Assembly (NCBI GenBank): GCA_002633005.1
Contig: NMRA01000769.1
Coordinates: 1 to 64,000 of the forward strand
Direction of reading: 5' to 3'
Origin: Phoronis australis
Taxonomy: Eukaryota; Animalia; Phoronida
DNA: 64,000 nt
Position 1 is the stretch's first letter, and the number at the start of each line of letters is the position of its first letter. The notes under the pieces are model-generated. The model was not told the DNA's origin. It was given only the letters and a program-made list of their open reading frames with translations, and made no database searches. The position numbers were made by a program, and so were the translations under genes. Positions 12,201-27,200 of the stretch are shown in pieces.

Positions 12201-15200
12201 TCTATGTACATTGCTTTTTTTCTCAAACTGGTCCATGGACTATTGTGATGAGCAACTTGTTCACTGTCAACCTCAGAAACACAGGAGACAAAGAGGTCAC
12301 GTGCAACTGTGGGTTCATTCCACCAACCTTTAGGTGCTGCTGCTGGTGAGGCCGAAAGCAATCATATGCCTATAGACAGTATTTGCTGTATTTGCGTTTA
12401 AAAACCCAGGTCGAGTCAGCGTTTACATGAATGCCAGCAGGAACTGTAAGAAATTCGAAACGAATACACACCATGATTGATATTTACATGTATATGAAAG
12501 GCGGTATGGATTGAAGAGGGCGAAAGGCCCAAAATACTTTTGTGTACTTTAAAAAGCAAACTATACACCTGTGATGATTACTTAACTAATTCATAATAAA
12601 AATGAAAAACATTCCCTCAACTATCACCGATACGTGGTGTTGCCTAAAGGCAATAAATCAAGGTCATTCTTAAAATATTAGAGAAATTTCTTACTAAATA
12701 TTAGTAAAAAAGCTTTTGTAAGCTTCTAATGGTGAAACGATGAAGTCTGTTCCGAATATCTGATTCTTGATAATCAGAAGGTGTTCCTAAGAGACAGATA
12801 TGTTGGGGATATACAAGGGTATTTATGATATTATGCATGATGCNNNNNNNNNNNNNNNNNNNNNNNNNNNNNNNNNNNNNNNNNNNNNNNNNNNNNNNNN
12901 NNNNNNNNNNNNNNNNNNNNNNNNNNNNNNNNNNNNNNNNNNNNNNNNNNNNNNNNNNNNNNNNNNNNNNNNNNNNNNNNNNNNNNNNNNNNNNNNNNNN
13001 NNNNNNNNNNNNNNNNNNNNNNNNNNNNNNNNNNNNNNNNNNNNNNNNNNNNNNNNNNNNNNNNNNNNNNNNNNNNNNNNNNNNNNNNNNNNNNNNNNNN
13101 NNNNNNNNNNNNNNNNNNNNNNNNNNNNNNNNNNNNNNNNNNNNNNNNNNNNNNNNNNNNNNNNNNNNNNNNNNNNNNNNNNNNNNNNNNNNNNNNNNNN
13201 NNNNNNNNNNNNNNNNNNNNNNNNNNNNNNNNNNNNNNNNNNNNNNNNNNNNNNNNNNNNNNNNNNNNNNNNNNNNNNNNNNNNNNNNNNNNNNNNNNNN
13301 NNNNNNNNNNNNNNNNNNNNNNNNNNNNNNNNNNNNNNNNNNNNNNNNNNNNNNNNNNNNNNNNNNNNNNNNNNNNNNNNNNNNNNNNNNNNNNNNNNNN
13401 NNNNNNNNNNNNNNNNNNNNNNNNNNNNNNNNNNNNNNNNNNNNNNNNNNNNNNNNNNNNNNNNNNNNNNNNNNNNNNNNNNNNNNNNNNNNNNNNNNNN
13501 NNNNNNNNNNNNNNNNNNNNNNNNNNNNNNNNNNNNNNNNNNNNNNNNNNNNNNNNNNNNNNNNNNNNNNNNNNNNNNNNNNNNNNNNNNNNNNNNNNNN
13601 NNNNNNNNNNNNNNNNNNNNNNNNNNNNNNNNNNNNNNNNNNNNNNNNNNNNGTCAGCGTTTACATGAATGCCAACAGAAACTGTAAGAAATTCGAAACG
13701 AATACACGCCATGATTAATACTTATATGAAAGGCGGTATGGATTGAAGAGGGCGAAAGGCCTAAAAATTCTTTTGTGGGCTTCAAAAAGCAAACTATACA
13801 CCTGTGATGATTACTTAACTAGTTCATAATAAAAATGAAAAACATTCCCTCAACTGTCACCGATTCGTGGTGATGCCTAAAGGCAATAAATCAAGGACAT
13901 ACTTAAAATATTAGAGAAATTTCTTACTAAATATTAGTAAAAAAGCTTTTGTCAGCTTCTAATGCTGAAAGGATGAAGTCTGTTCTGACTATCTGATTCA
14001 TGATAATCAGAAGGTGTTCCTAAGAGACAGATATGTTGGGGATATACAAGGGTATTTATGATATTATGCATGATGCAGAAGACATTAATGATCTTCTTAT
14101 GATGGGTAGAGTTCAGTAACGCTAGAACCTCGCTAAAAGAGCAAACTTCGGGAGATTGCTTGAGATATTGCCATGTATTTAAAATTGAAAACACGTCAGT
14201 GCGGATAGATTCTAGCGAGGTTCTCAAGTACTTGTAGGTAATAGGGTTGCTGTATGCGAGACTTCATGTCTTCTGCAAACCTTGATACTCATGTAAATTA
14301 TTGTGGCAATAAATTGCGGCAAACCCCGATGTAAGCAATTTAATCTAGTATTTTTGGAATTGTTAGATCCTATGTCAAAATGCCTGTGCTCAATGCTCTT
14401 ACATTTTTAACTAAGCCGTAGAGGAACTGCCAAGAGACAAGCACAATCAAATAGTACCAACAAAAGGACTGCTTTGAAGCTACGAAAATAACTATGCAGT
14501 GTTTTGGTTGACTATTTTCGGCGATTTGGAAATGTACGGTTTAATGAAAAATATACAAGGTAATTGGTGGCGAGAAGTGTTGTCTTGTTGTGGGCTGTTT
14601 GATTTATTTCATGGTGACAATAATGAATACTTTAATTGCAACTGTTCAACTGTTTCCGATAAAACTTCATGTTGACAATTGAAATAGACTCAAGTTACCT
14701 CCTGCACCTCATAGACAGGCGTTTATGCATGATATTTGTTCAAGTCAGTGCTTGTCCATGAGTGCACGGGTGTATGGATTGCGGCTATGCTTTTACGACT
14801 GCTAAGATCTAACCATCGGAGCAATCGATGAGATTCGATATTTGTTTATTATCTTCGCGACTTCTGTCTTTATATTAACTTCCATTTAAGGAAGTTCTAG
14901 TATGCACGTATCTATGTCTATGCTAGTCATTTAATCGAAGCTTTCCGTTCAGGTACTGGAGATGGAGCAGATCGTGAAATTTATTTACCACTATTCCATC
15001 GTAGTTTCGTTGATGTACGCCGAAAAATATCACAGGGCGTAGGTCCAGTACCATAAAACATCAAATTCATTAAAGAACTTTTTGTGTTAATTTAAAAAGT
15101 TTTCCACTCTGAAAAATGCCAAACATTTGACTCAAGTTACAGAAATCGAGATCAAGTTTTGGTCCTGTTTCATGCAACGTGGCCCAGTGCATCCTTGACT

Positions 15201-18200
15201 AACTACTAAAGACCCTCATATACATAAACCTGTTAACACGGGCGTTTTTACTGTGATTCAAGTTGTTGACCGCACCTGGCGACGTCATTTCATTGTGATT
15301 TAATGACACTTATGTTTAAATTATTAAATAATATCCAATTTGAAATGCCTTACAGACGTTAAATTCTTTGGACAATTTAATCACCCTTGGCTTGATGCAT
15401 CTCGTAGTGTTTAATCAATGCTGATATCAACCTAGGGATTGCTTGATTTTTATATAATAAAAAGTAACGAATCATTACTAAAATCTATTGTATTGCAGCA
15501 TCGAGGCTTTCAAATCATAACTTCTCGGTTGTTCAGTTCTTTGGAGTTGAAACGTGCTAGTTTATTGTATTCAAAATGAATAAATTTTAATGCAAACCAG
15601 TTTGGACCTACTTGATGATTATTATGACGGTAAATACAATATTAAGCGGAAGTAATAAAGTAATTTATCAACAAGTTAAATTTAGAAATTGTCAGTCACT
15701 TGGCAAAGCATACAGGTATAAATTCATGCATAGTAATTTTGAGATTTTCATAAGGTCTTGTGTTGGTCAGATTAATTGATTTATCTCAAATATGTGCTAC
15801 TGCACTCGTAACTATTTCTGTGCGTTGAATTTTGTTTCGTTTTAGGAACACTTGTTAAGAGTGAAATCTGATGCACCGCCAACTGGTAAGTAGGATTGAG
15901 GTTTCATAGCGTGAATCTGACTCACATCCGTGACCTATACTTGGAATACCTTCTGTAGACCTATTTTCTCTCGAAAAAAGCAAGATATCTCAATACTTCG
16001 CGCATTCACGCTACTCAAATGCAAATGTTTCAGTAGTCTGGCCTACTGTAGAACTGTTCCGATCACTGAACAAACTACTTTGTTGGTGAGATTGGAATGT
16101 TAAAATATGAGATTGAATTCAGTGTTTTTGTACAATAAGCTGAGATTTTCCACGGCAGAGGAAAGAATGCCCGCAATCCCCGGAAATCAATCCGGTGTCG
16201 TTCTGAATATCGCAAGCTATTATTCTGTCCTCAGGGCGCACGCCGAAACATCTGAAACAATGGAATAGAAACTGCGAACTCAGTACATTCAGGAAAGATT
16301 TTAAACCACCAATTTGGTCAAATTCTCTATTATGTCCAAAAAACAAAGTGCAATTTCTGAGCTGCAAATGGTTCGGCGTGTTTGGATACCCTAGCTTTCA
16401 CATGAGACTTTTCCTAAACAACAAGCAATATGCACCGCCACCAAAGGGTGCAAATAGAGAATTTTACCCGGATATACTAGTTGACTTCCAAGCATACACA
16501 CAAAACACTTGCACCTTTGTATCTTGTGCTTTTTCCGCTTTGCATGTTCTTGGTATGAGCTTGCTTGTTTCACTTGGGACCTCATTTCCAGAGCGCCTTC
16601 CTGGTCAGCCTGCCTGTGTTGCTCAGACAAAGACATAGTAAAACAGTAAGATCATGAAACAGTTTTTAAGATATTGCCATACATTATACGCGAAACACGT
16701 GACCACATTAGCATTGCTCCGGTTATGTTATTACCGCCAAATCCCACGATAGTGTGTTGTCAGCATACTCTAACAATCCATCCAAGTCGGGACTGCCAGG
16801 TCATGTGGCTATGTAATACATATGAACAGATTGGTATGTGGTTGAAATATCCATCAGTGGTTATCAACGTCTTGTATTTTTTAACGTTATCTCTGCATAC
16901 AACAAAGTACAGCCTGTACAATGAAAAATCTCACCATAAGCGACACGGTTCCAAGTACAAAGTATTGTGTAGTGGTGACTTTTCAGTGACCAAATATAAA
17001 CATGCCATAGACGTACATGTAATTGCATAACGTAAGACGCCACGGTAATGTTGGACATTTGTTTAGAGTACAGCTTGACCTTAAAGGTGCATGGGACCGA
17101 AAAACTTGTAAAAACTACATTTCAAAGATTGCGGAGAAAATACTTCATGCGATGCTAATGTGAGAGTTGTTCATCTTTAATATTGCAAGCGGATATACAT
17201 GTATGGCATGCACTAAATAAGTTGGAATGTCTACGGCTTAAATTTTCCATTCTTACATCTGTGTTTATATCAAGGGTTGAACGCCACATAAAAGGGCAAT
17301 TTGGGATACTCCGGTGCTCTGATGGGAGAGCTGTCAAAAATAAAGCACGCGTGCCCGTTTCTGAAATCTAGGTGAGGAACTCAGTTTTTTGAGTTAGTGA
17401 GAATTTTTCTTAATTGAGAAATCAACATACGTGTATGCTTTATCGATTAACAATACTAAATGAAAACAGGGCCAGTGTACGTTTCCTGTCATTAGTGGAC
17501 GTCAAAGGCAAGCTGTCGGTACACGTGGAAATTTACAGTAGGATTCCTCCGTATTTTGGTCACAGTTTCACAAGTCGGTGTCTTTTAGTTTATTACTATA
17601 GTGGGTCCATTATCTAAAATTTGCTATCTTTGCGAATAGTCAGGGGACTTTTTGTTATTTAGAAGCGTCTTCGGAGACGCGTGTCCTACCTTTGCTTTAA
17701 AACGAAGGGCTTTGTTGTTCATTTGCAAATTATGAATCTTTGTCCCATTAGAGGCGTGGTAGAACTGCAGTGCCTGTCCCTCAATATTCCTTAAGTTCAC
17801 CCACAACCAGCTAGCCCTGATACCTTGAAGTAGAAACAGAGTGTCATAGTTGTCACAAAGGATAGTGCATGATGAAACAGGTTTTTTGTTGCATTTCTTG
17901 TCATACGTTTGCGTTTATTGTAAACTGTTGTTATCTTTATCCTCTTGCCCAGATTAGAACTAAGGATTGAAATGTAAGATAAACTTCCATTTAGAAATTT
18001 TAGTGGCTGTCTAACTTGCACGTATCAGGTTAACTATTCTGGTATTGGAGATGCAGAAAATGTAGTGAACAGTTTTAAAAACTGCACATACACATGTAAG
18101 TTCGTTATGGCTTGATACATGTACATGTACATATCAGTGTGTCCGCTGTTTTGGATACTTTGCAAAGTCGACAATACTCACACTGCATTGATTTGTAATG

Positions 18201-21200
18201 GTGCTAATATTTAGTATCGTGAGATCAGCAGGACCACCCTGTATAGTCAAATTAATAGGATCACCCTGTATCTTGAGGTCAGTAGCACCACCCTGTATCG
18301 TCAGATCATTAGGACCACCCTGCGAACTAAACGCTCAACAAATTTTCAGGAATTTTCCAAGTTGGTCTTTTGAATCAAACGGATGGTACAGGAAATGCTC
18401 TAGGCCGTGCGGCGCCCCTTCAGGAATGTCTAAGAATTCCCGATGTTCTTCCTAAAAATAGATTGTAAAATTATGGGTGTATAAATGTTAAATTTAGATC
18501 CAAATGTGACCTCGACCAGACATTTCTGTGATAGAGTTCAGACTACAGACGATTACTACGGAACCACTGAAAATGAGCCTTGTCAACAAAGGCACTAGCC
18601 TCATGTGTCCCGGTTGTTATTGATAATGTAAATGCAAAAAATACTAAGGCAATATGTGCCGAAGTCCGACCATTGAAGTGATCGCTAATAAGAACTGTAA
18701 GAAAACGAGGAACTTGATTGACCTTCGCTTCAATTCTTCTTAAGTACTGACGGATGTCATTTCTATCCCTATAGCAACCGTTGATGGAGCTGCAGGTGGA
18801 GTAATTCGGTACAAAACGGTTCAAGTTAGAGTACCGCCAAATGCAATATCCGGGGACTTAAATGTTGAGTTTGTAGATCAGCCGATGTTAGCACGGGCAG
18901 TGCTTTACCACACGAATGGCAGAGCTACTCTCCATTGTCAAGGAATATGCATGACCTGCAGAGATGGAGATGTAACATTCTCGGAGCCAGTCGAAGTGCG
19001 AATGCGTGTTAGAACAATGTTGGAGGAAGCAGATCATCAACGACTAAACAGCAAAGACTTTCGTATTTTGCATGAAAAAGATGGTGAAGTGACGGACATT
19101 ACTGAAGATTGCAACGTGAAGATGGAATGGGGAGAAATAATCTTCTACTGTAAAACATGTTTAATGGTTAATATTGCTTGGCTGGCAGATTTCACATCAC
19201 CTTTCGCTACTGGCGTGTTTACGACCATCAAAAATATACTCGAAGCGTCATACATGTGCAGGATATGCACGTACATAAAATATAGACAAGATGGAAGATT
19301 GACAGTTCAACTAGTTTGTCATGGAGTGGGCGTGGAGTGTTCTGATGGGATTGAACCCCAGTGTACAAGTTACAAAATGCGTTTGATAAATAGCGCCACA
19401 ATGTTATTTGAATTTGACTGCAGGAGCATTGAGGATGGCGAAAAGAAACACATTTCCTCTAAAGGGTTTAAACTTGAAAGGGATCATTGTGAAAGAGCAT
19501 GTACAGTTTTTGCAATGATTAAGACTGGTGCTCGTGCACTTGTAGCTGACAACGTTCGACTGTGTGTGAAGGAATTAATCTACAAGGAAACGCTGATGGA
19601 CAGGCCTGTGAAGGTCCATGTAAGTACATTACTTGTTTATCTTGTTGTCTGTGTGTGTGGGTCTGCATGTTGCGTGTGGTGTATTGGATTATGAAACAGG
19701 AGTCTGCGTTTCTGTTGCAGTAGCCTTAACTCGGGTGAGAATTTTACACGTTTGACACGCTTCTGAGGTGTCAAACGTGTAAAAAACGTGTAATACGTGT
19801 CAAAATTGCCACGTTAACGTGTAAAACGTGTAAAAATTGCCACGTTAGCATGTCAAACGTGTAAAATGTGACACACTACTGTGTAAAGCGTGTAAAGTTT
19901 TACACGCTAGCGTGTCAAACGTGTAAAATATGATAGAACTCTCCAATACAGATACAATTTAAATAGGCTTGACAGTTCTGAAAAGGCCACTGGGAGGTAA
20001 TCACCCAATTTGAATGACTAAGCATGTTCCCTTAATAGCATCAAAGAATTTGCAACAAAACTTTTCACCGCCTATTCAAATATCGAAATACTGAGTTAGA
20101 GTTGGTTTAGCTGTCAGAGAGTGCAATTGTGTCAGGAGAGCACATATGAAGTATGGTTTTCGAGTGTGGTGCACCTCTAACAGAAGTTTGGCATTTTTAT
20201 TCTCTGGTTGACAGTGCCTTGATGAACTTTTCTTGCAAATGGTCCTTCTTTTAACAGGAAAGTTTGATTGTAACAGAAAACAAGAGTCAGTAGAAACTGT
20301 TGACTATGCAGATAATACATGTAGTTGGAACGCCTCTCATCTAGCGTGCCAAAAGTGCCACGTTTTTGCCAAGTCTTGGAACGCCACGTTCGACACGCTA
20401 TCGCCACGTTTTACACGCTTATCGCCACATTTGACACGCTAAGCGTGTCAAACGTGGAGTATTGGAAGGAAAATTTCACGTTATTGACACGTTCTTGACA
20501 CGTTTGACACGCTATAATTTACACGTTTGACACGCCACGTTTTACGCGTTCGACCCGCTTTTAGGGCGTTCCAATACTCCACGTTTTTAGAGCGTGTTGA
20601 AAAATGCTATTTTGATGTACTAAAAATGAATGAGTTTTGAACCAGTCTTGGCGTACCTGTTGTTTATCATGCCGGTAAGTACAGAATGTAATTAAGAGGC
20701 CAAGCATAAATCCATCCATAGTAATTTTGAGATATTCGCCAAGTCTTGTGTTGTTCAAAAGAGATGCCACTGTACTAGTAACTATTTTTTACGCGCTAAC
20801 TGCTTACGGTGAAAGAACACGTGTAGGTGAGATAATAGGTCATATACATGTATTATATTATGGCAAACTTAACTACTACAGATATCGATAAATACAAGTT
20901 ATATAATATGTTGAGATGTAAAGGTGGGTGACAATCTGTGACAATCAGCCGGAAACGGAGCACTATGGGAAGTTCAATGCAGCAATGATGGAATACACAA
21001 GTGTTGAACTAGGACGATGGCCCAGTGTTGCGACAAGACAAAGAGATCACGTGGTACAATTAAACCAACAATCGTAGAACAAAGAGGGCCACGGACCAGA
21101 GAATCCAAATAATATGATAATGAGGACGAAGCAGTATAGCTTACATAAAATAATTTAATGCTTAAGTAATATCTATGCGTTGAATTTTGTTTCGTTTCAG

Positions 21201-24200
21201 GAAGAGTCGGCAAGCGGAACGCCAACGGCTATTCTACTGACGCCCCAAGCAACAGGTAAGAAAGATTGAGTTTCCATAGCGTGAATTTGACCACCTTCGT
21301 GGCGCATACCGGAAAAGCGCTCTGTAGCCCTATTTTCACTAAAAAGCAAGATACCTGAAGACTTCGGAAAATCACTGTAGTGAAACGCTTGCGTTTCATA
21401 AGTATGCTAGCGAGCTTTCTAGCCTGACCTACAGTAGAAAAAATTGTGATCGCTGAACGAACTTCAATGTTGGTGAGAGTGGATTGTACAATAAGCTGGA
21501 ATTTTTCGCCGACAGCGTGAACGAATGTCTCGCAACCTATTACCTTACCCTCACTTCCAAAAGCGAAACATCGGCACTCACAATAATGGAAACGGTGAAA
21601 TCAGTACCCTTATACAATATTTTGACATCAACTTTCATTCACTTTGACCGCAGCTATTCATTACGTCCACGGATTTGCCATCATGCCTGGAAATGAGGTG
21701 ATGTGTCAAAACTACGAATGGTTCGGCATGTTTGGAAACCCACGCTTTCACGTTTGCGTGGTTAAAACAGATATCGTTTGCTAAACAACAATCATTTTTG
21801 TAGCGCCATTAAAGTGTGGGAATAGGGAAATTTACCTGGATATGCAAGTTAGCTTCCAAGCATACACTTGCACCTTTGTATCCCCTGCACATTGGACGTT
21901 CTTGGTATACATGTATTGTACTTGTTTTACTTGGTACCTCACTTTGGGCACGCCTTTCCGGTCGGCTGGGATGCACTGTACAGAGGAGGACATCGTCAAA
22001 CAGTAAAATTACGAATCTGCATTGTATTTTTAAATGCTCTCTCTTTAAAAAACTACTGTCGTGTTTTCGTCAGTATCTTTTGAAAAATCACACCATCATG
22101 GACAGGGTTACAAGTACAATGTACTAGAAATATTTTGTTGTGGTAACTTTGCATTAACCAAATATACACTACGTATGGCATACATGTAGAAGTAGTTGTA
22201 CAACGTAAAGTGCCAGGGTAAAAGGTGCTTTTTGGCAAGTTATCGTTTATCTAAATTATAATCTATAGATGCCTTTTGAGTACCATTAGATGTACAGATA
22301 TTGTTATTCCGCAAAACTTCAAATTTGATGAACCGTTGTTAGTAAGACAAAACAACACTTACACTAATTAGAAATGAGATTGCTTTACTAAAAATACTTA
22401 AAACTTTTGCCTCCTGTTGGGTCACGTAATCGTGTTTGAATCATAGTAGCAAAAATAGTCGTTCGTTGCAAAACTACTGCATGGTTTTAATAACACGGTC
22501 AATTTTCGTTTAATGTATATGTTCACGATGAAGACCATATTACTGTCCTTAAAGTTATTTTTTCGTATTTATTTCATCCACAATTTGAGTCCTGCTAAAT
22601 TGTAAGCCTTGAAAACAATTCTCAACAAAAAAAAAAATTAAAGAGCGATGAATCAAACATGGTGTGTGAAAGCTTCATATTGATACGGTCATTTCTTTTT
22701 GAGACAAGACGTTAGCTGAGAATGGACATTTTTAAGAGTACTGGTTGACCTTAAAGGGGCATTGAACTGTAAATTTGTAAAAACTACATTTCAAAATGTC
22801 GTGGATAACCTTCTTCACGGGGAGGCTAAATGTGAGTGTTTTACATCTTGAATATTGCCAGAGGAAAGGTGGCGTGTGTTCAAAGAAGTCGGATTGGCTA
22901 CCGCTTGAACTCTCCATTGTTTTGTTTACACCAAGGGTCAAAGGGCACATATAAGGGCAATTTTCGGACACCCTTGGGGTCTGGTAGCTGTATCAATTTC
23001 CGGTCCGTTTCCTCCGTATTTTGATCTTTGTTTCATGCTAAGACGGTGGAGTAAGCACATTTACTTTTTTAGAGAGATTTTCTGTTTTAATTTATTACTA
23101 GAGTGGGTCCTTTAGTTAAATTATACCGTCTTTTTGTTAAGACTACAGTCACTTCTTAGTGGCTGCATTTCTTGTATAGACGAGTGGATAAACAATCGGA
23201 CAGTACATAGGAATCAAAGTGGGAATTAAAAACGAAATGGCAACAGTTATGCACTTAGGCGGTATCGTTACGTTTTCAGTTATGGCCGTCATTCAGAACT
23301 CGTTCCTCACTGGATGTGTAGGGTATCGCAGTCACTGAAATAGACGAGAATGGTCGTTTGGAGTAAACATTCAAATCGACTTCAAATGAAACTCTAAAAT
23401 TTCATGGCTGGCAAAGAAATCATCTCCTTAACGTGCCTTATTTCAATTGCATGCACTGGACATGACTTACTTTTGACAAAAGGCGGCCCTCAAACCGACT
23501 TGGCCAAAGTGCCATTAGTTCAAACCTTTCTTCACTCCGAAAAACTCGCGTGAAATTTAAACATTTAACTGGGCCCAGCGGTTCTGCCTTATTTGGAATG
23601 GAACGTTGGAAAATTGCACAATTAAGGTTATGGTCTCCTGAAAACAGCTGGTCAATTTATCGTCAATAAATCATATTAAATTGTGGAAATAGACAATCTT
23701 GAGTACCGTACTCGTCCGGGTTACCGCCCAGGCGCTTAAATTAGGAATCTAACAAACAGGGGTGGGCGGTAAGCCTAGCGTGGGCGGTAAATTTTGATAT
23801 CTCCACTTTTACCCTTCCGTTTATAATAAATTTTATATTTCAGAAACTCATAACATTGGTGACATTGACAAACAGATCTCAAAAAACCCTCTTGATGCGT
23901 CTCATGCTGTGTATCGCCAGACACCAGACCTAAAAGTGACTAAGACAGCAGGTATGCATAGTGTGTAAAACTCATTTTTTCAAATACTGGAAAAACATTG
24001 TAAATAACAATAGGGATTAATTTTATTTCAATAAAAAGAACAAAGACAAGGCGATATACTTGTCTGCAACATGTTACCATGGATACTTTACGATTAAGTT
24101 TTAAATGACTATTTCTTTATACTAACCCAGGTTCAACAAAAACAAACAATCTGGCTATCTAGAAATCACAATTTTCGTGGAAAGATCCATAAATTAAAAA

Positions 24201-27200
24201 AGAGTGTGAATATATCTCAGCTTACTGTAGTTGCGTGCGGTGTCCTCAGCCACATCTAAACAAACCCACTCTTGTCAGCATTTATCGTCATCTGCTTTAA
24301 GGAAAAATTTCTGAAATTGGAATTACACTGGTTGCAAAAAATTGTAGAAACTTCTGATGTAACTAGTTATGGTTTGGTGCGTATCACGCGTGTCTGCTGT
24401 TTCTTTCACTTTGTAAGTTCAATACTTATCACATAGTTTTGATGTTTTGTGGTGGAAATGATTAGGCGTACACTGAACATGTACATAGGAGTAGTGTCAA
24501 TCTAATGTTCACTTTGTTTATGAGAGCCTCAGTCGATGGAAATGCGAGTCTTGGCTCGAAGTTAATAAGCTCAACATAATTGTCTTCGCAGTAAGCAGAT
24601 GGATTTAACAGTGACGCATCGACGCGTTGCTACAGATTCTGGGGTCACTGCTGTCGCATTATACCACTTGGTGGCACCCAACAAAGTCTTCTAGAAATGA
24701 TTCCAATGCAGATTTGTCCATCTTTTACGGTTTACAAACGTGATTCCGGCTTTTTAAAAAAAACAACACAATCATAATTTTGTTCACAAAGCCACGGTTT
24801 GCATGCAATTACTTTGAAAGATAGTGCGTGCAAACAGCGAAACTACTCCACAATTACACTAATCAGATGAAAGGAGGATGTCGGCTAGCAAAATATTTCA
24901 CAAATCCCATATTTCCTTAATTTACCGCAAAGTTTCCCGCGTGCAAACAGTGAATGTTTAGGAAAAGGAAGTCAGATCAAAACGTGGGTTGAAGTGTGAT
25001 TGGCTAACATTCATATTCTCAGAACAAGCAAATGCTAGTCGTGGCCGTCACGTGCAAATTAAGATGTCCAGCCAACCCTGCATGTGCAAATTATTGAAGT
25101 TGGCGCAAGTTCGAATTCAACTGTGAGTAAGGACCAGCAAGCTGCCTAAAACCGGGACTTTTTTTTCAAATTAAACCGCAGTCCCTGAAGATGAGACTGA
25201 TACCAGCCTTAAAATTTAAATAGGGTAACGACGACATACAGTAATAAAGGGCTGCCTGTTTGAAGCATATTGGGTCTAGGGAGAGAAGTTGTTGCCAATT
25301 TATTATTTTTCAGTTTTAGTTTGTTTCAGATTGCCCAAAATTCCTCAGAAATGTTTTTTTCCAGGAATTATGTCAACTTATGTGTTGTATCATGACTAAC
25401 ATTTTCGTGCAGTTAGTCCTGCAAAAATTGTTCTTGGTAAAGGATTTGTGTAAGGCTATGCAGATGGATTATGCAATGCAGTTTTCTTATGAGTAGGGCA
25501 CTAACGAAAGATTTCATTGTGGGTATAATTAAAATGTTTTTGAATTTTCAAGTGTTATCGTTAAAAAAGTGGCATTTTATATGTTTCTAAGACCACGTGT
25601 AGGCACCAAAGATAACGTCTTACGTGATTTTGGCAGCTACCCCAATTGTGTTCGCTCTTGTTACTGCAAGTTCAGCTGGTAGGGTCATTTTTGTGCAGGC
25701 CCGCCCCTAAATGTAGCCGTCAGTTTGTCCAACGGTAAATCTGGCACTTGAGTGAATGCTCGTATCAGTAAACTTTTACTGAGGCCTTACGTCATAACGA
25801 ACATTAATCATTGAACTAGCTGAAATATAACGACAAGCGTCGATACTAAAACATATTGAAATATTCAACACCTTTCAGGCGATGCGCACTTTGTCAAGGG
25901 AATAACAAAGACTACTTATCGGAAACATATAGATGGATGTAAACAAAATCGCACAGTGGACCAAATAGTGGTATATAATATGACAGCATGAACAAACCCG
26001 GCCATATTTTCACTATTTTACATTTTATCCGTCGGAAACTGCACGGCATTGCAGAATCTAATTGATTTAATTATTATCATTAATAATCCAGGGACCACCG
26101 CGGCCGATGAGTCCACGATCAAGTGCCCATTTTTTCATTGTGGTTACGCATGACGTGGTGATGCATGATGTGTAAGAAGAAAGTATTTTGTTTAGTGATG
26201 ATATAGTATTAAATAAAAAGTTTTGCAGGAAATTAAAAGCCTCAAAATAGCTCCACTTCATGCGGAATTGTATAATTGATGAATCGAGTTCTCTTTCGGC
26301 AAAGAGATTATGCCAAATATGGAAAAAGTACATGTTTGTCAGCAACAACATGACACGTGCGAAAATATCCCACAAAATGTCGCAGGTAGAACAGGCTTTA
26401 CTTCTACTTCAGATGTTGACAAGGCCAGAACTTGACTGTTACAACTGCAAAAAGAGAATGGTTCTTTTGAAAGATAAATTTGTTGAGTATTATACATGAA
26501 GGAGTCTGGTACACTTTTGACCTGGAAATGTTTATTTCTGCAACTCACCTATTCTTAGTGCACGGCAGAAGATGCTACCAACCACTGGCATTGGTGACAA
26601 CAGTAACCCACGTGGATTTGAAATTAAATTAAGAGTGAAAAACACCAGCAAAACCAGTGAACAAACTTGAAGTACAAGCTAGAAATTGGGTCACTCTATC
26701 TTGCCGCAATGGAGTTGGGACTCTTTTTTTACGAGTGGGTATACATGTACATGTTTATGTATGCGGTCACTCATTTATTCTGTTCAGAAATTTTTATCTA
26801 TGTCTGGGTCCGAAAAAGGTGAGATTTTTTTACCAAAAACTCTTCTTATCTTTCGTTCGGTGATGGTTCTTGCAACGGCCTCTCGTGGTATTGGCCTCTT
26901 CCATATTATTGCTGGTCACTTGTTCCAGTAAATACTGCCTATACATGCAAAACGTGTTCGGTCCCCTTCCTTGCTTACAACAAACATTTTTCCTCCATGT
27001 GAGACTTAATTGTTTCTCTGTAATAGTTTTACCATGTTCCTAATTCTTGCACAACCAATAACTGCGCAATGTAAAGTCCTAAACATCTTCTACTGGGTCA
27101 AACTGCCTACGTTACGAAAAAACCCAGAACCATTAAAATCTGGACAACTTTGCACATACGGTCTTTTTGATTCTCACAAGTGATGGACATCAGACCTTGA

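Noticed and set aside
12089-12349. ORF ending ..TCNCGFIPPTFRCCCW with a GTGAG donor-like site
   Set aside because: Phase is incompatible with exon 14953 and no recognisable domain.
12800-13718. Three ~295-aa ORFs in the ORF track
   Set aside because: They are translations of the N gap.
12415-14076. Direct repeats of ~430 bp flanking the gap (LTR-like)
   Set aside because: Both copies abut the gap exactly, which is typical of an unmerged allelic contig overlap; no LTR hallmarks.
18198-18455. ORF with repeated IVRSxGPPC
   Set aside because: 27-bp minisatellite; the phase-1 frame needed for inclusion hits TGA immediately.
25879-25938. Possible 60-nt phase-1 exon (DAHFVKGITKTTYRKHIDG)
   Set aside because: Splicing to 27885 would create TAA, and I found no rescuing intermediate exon.
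26260-26530. CxxC-containing ORF reminiscent of a transposase zinc-finger fragment
   Set aside because: Too short and degenerate; no catalytic motifs or TIRs identified.
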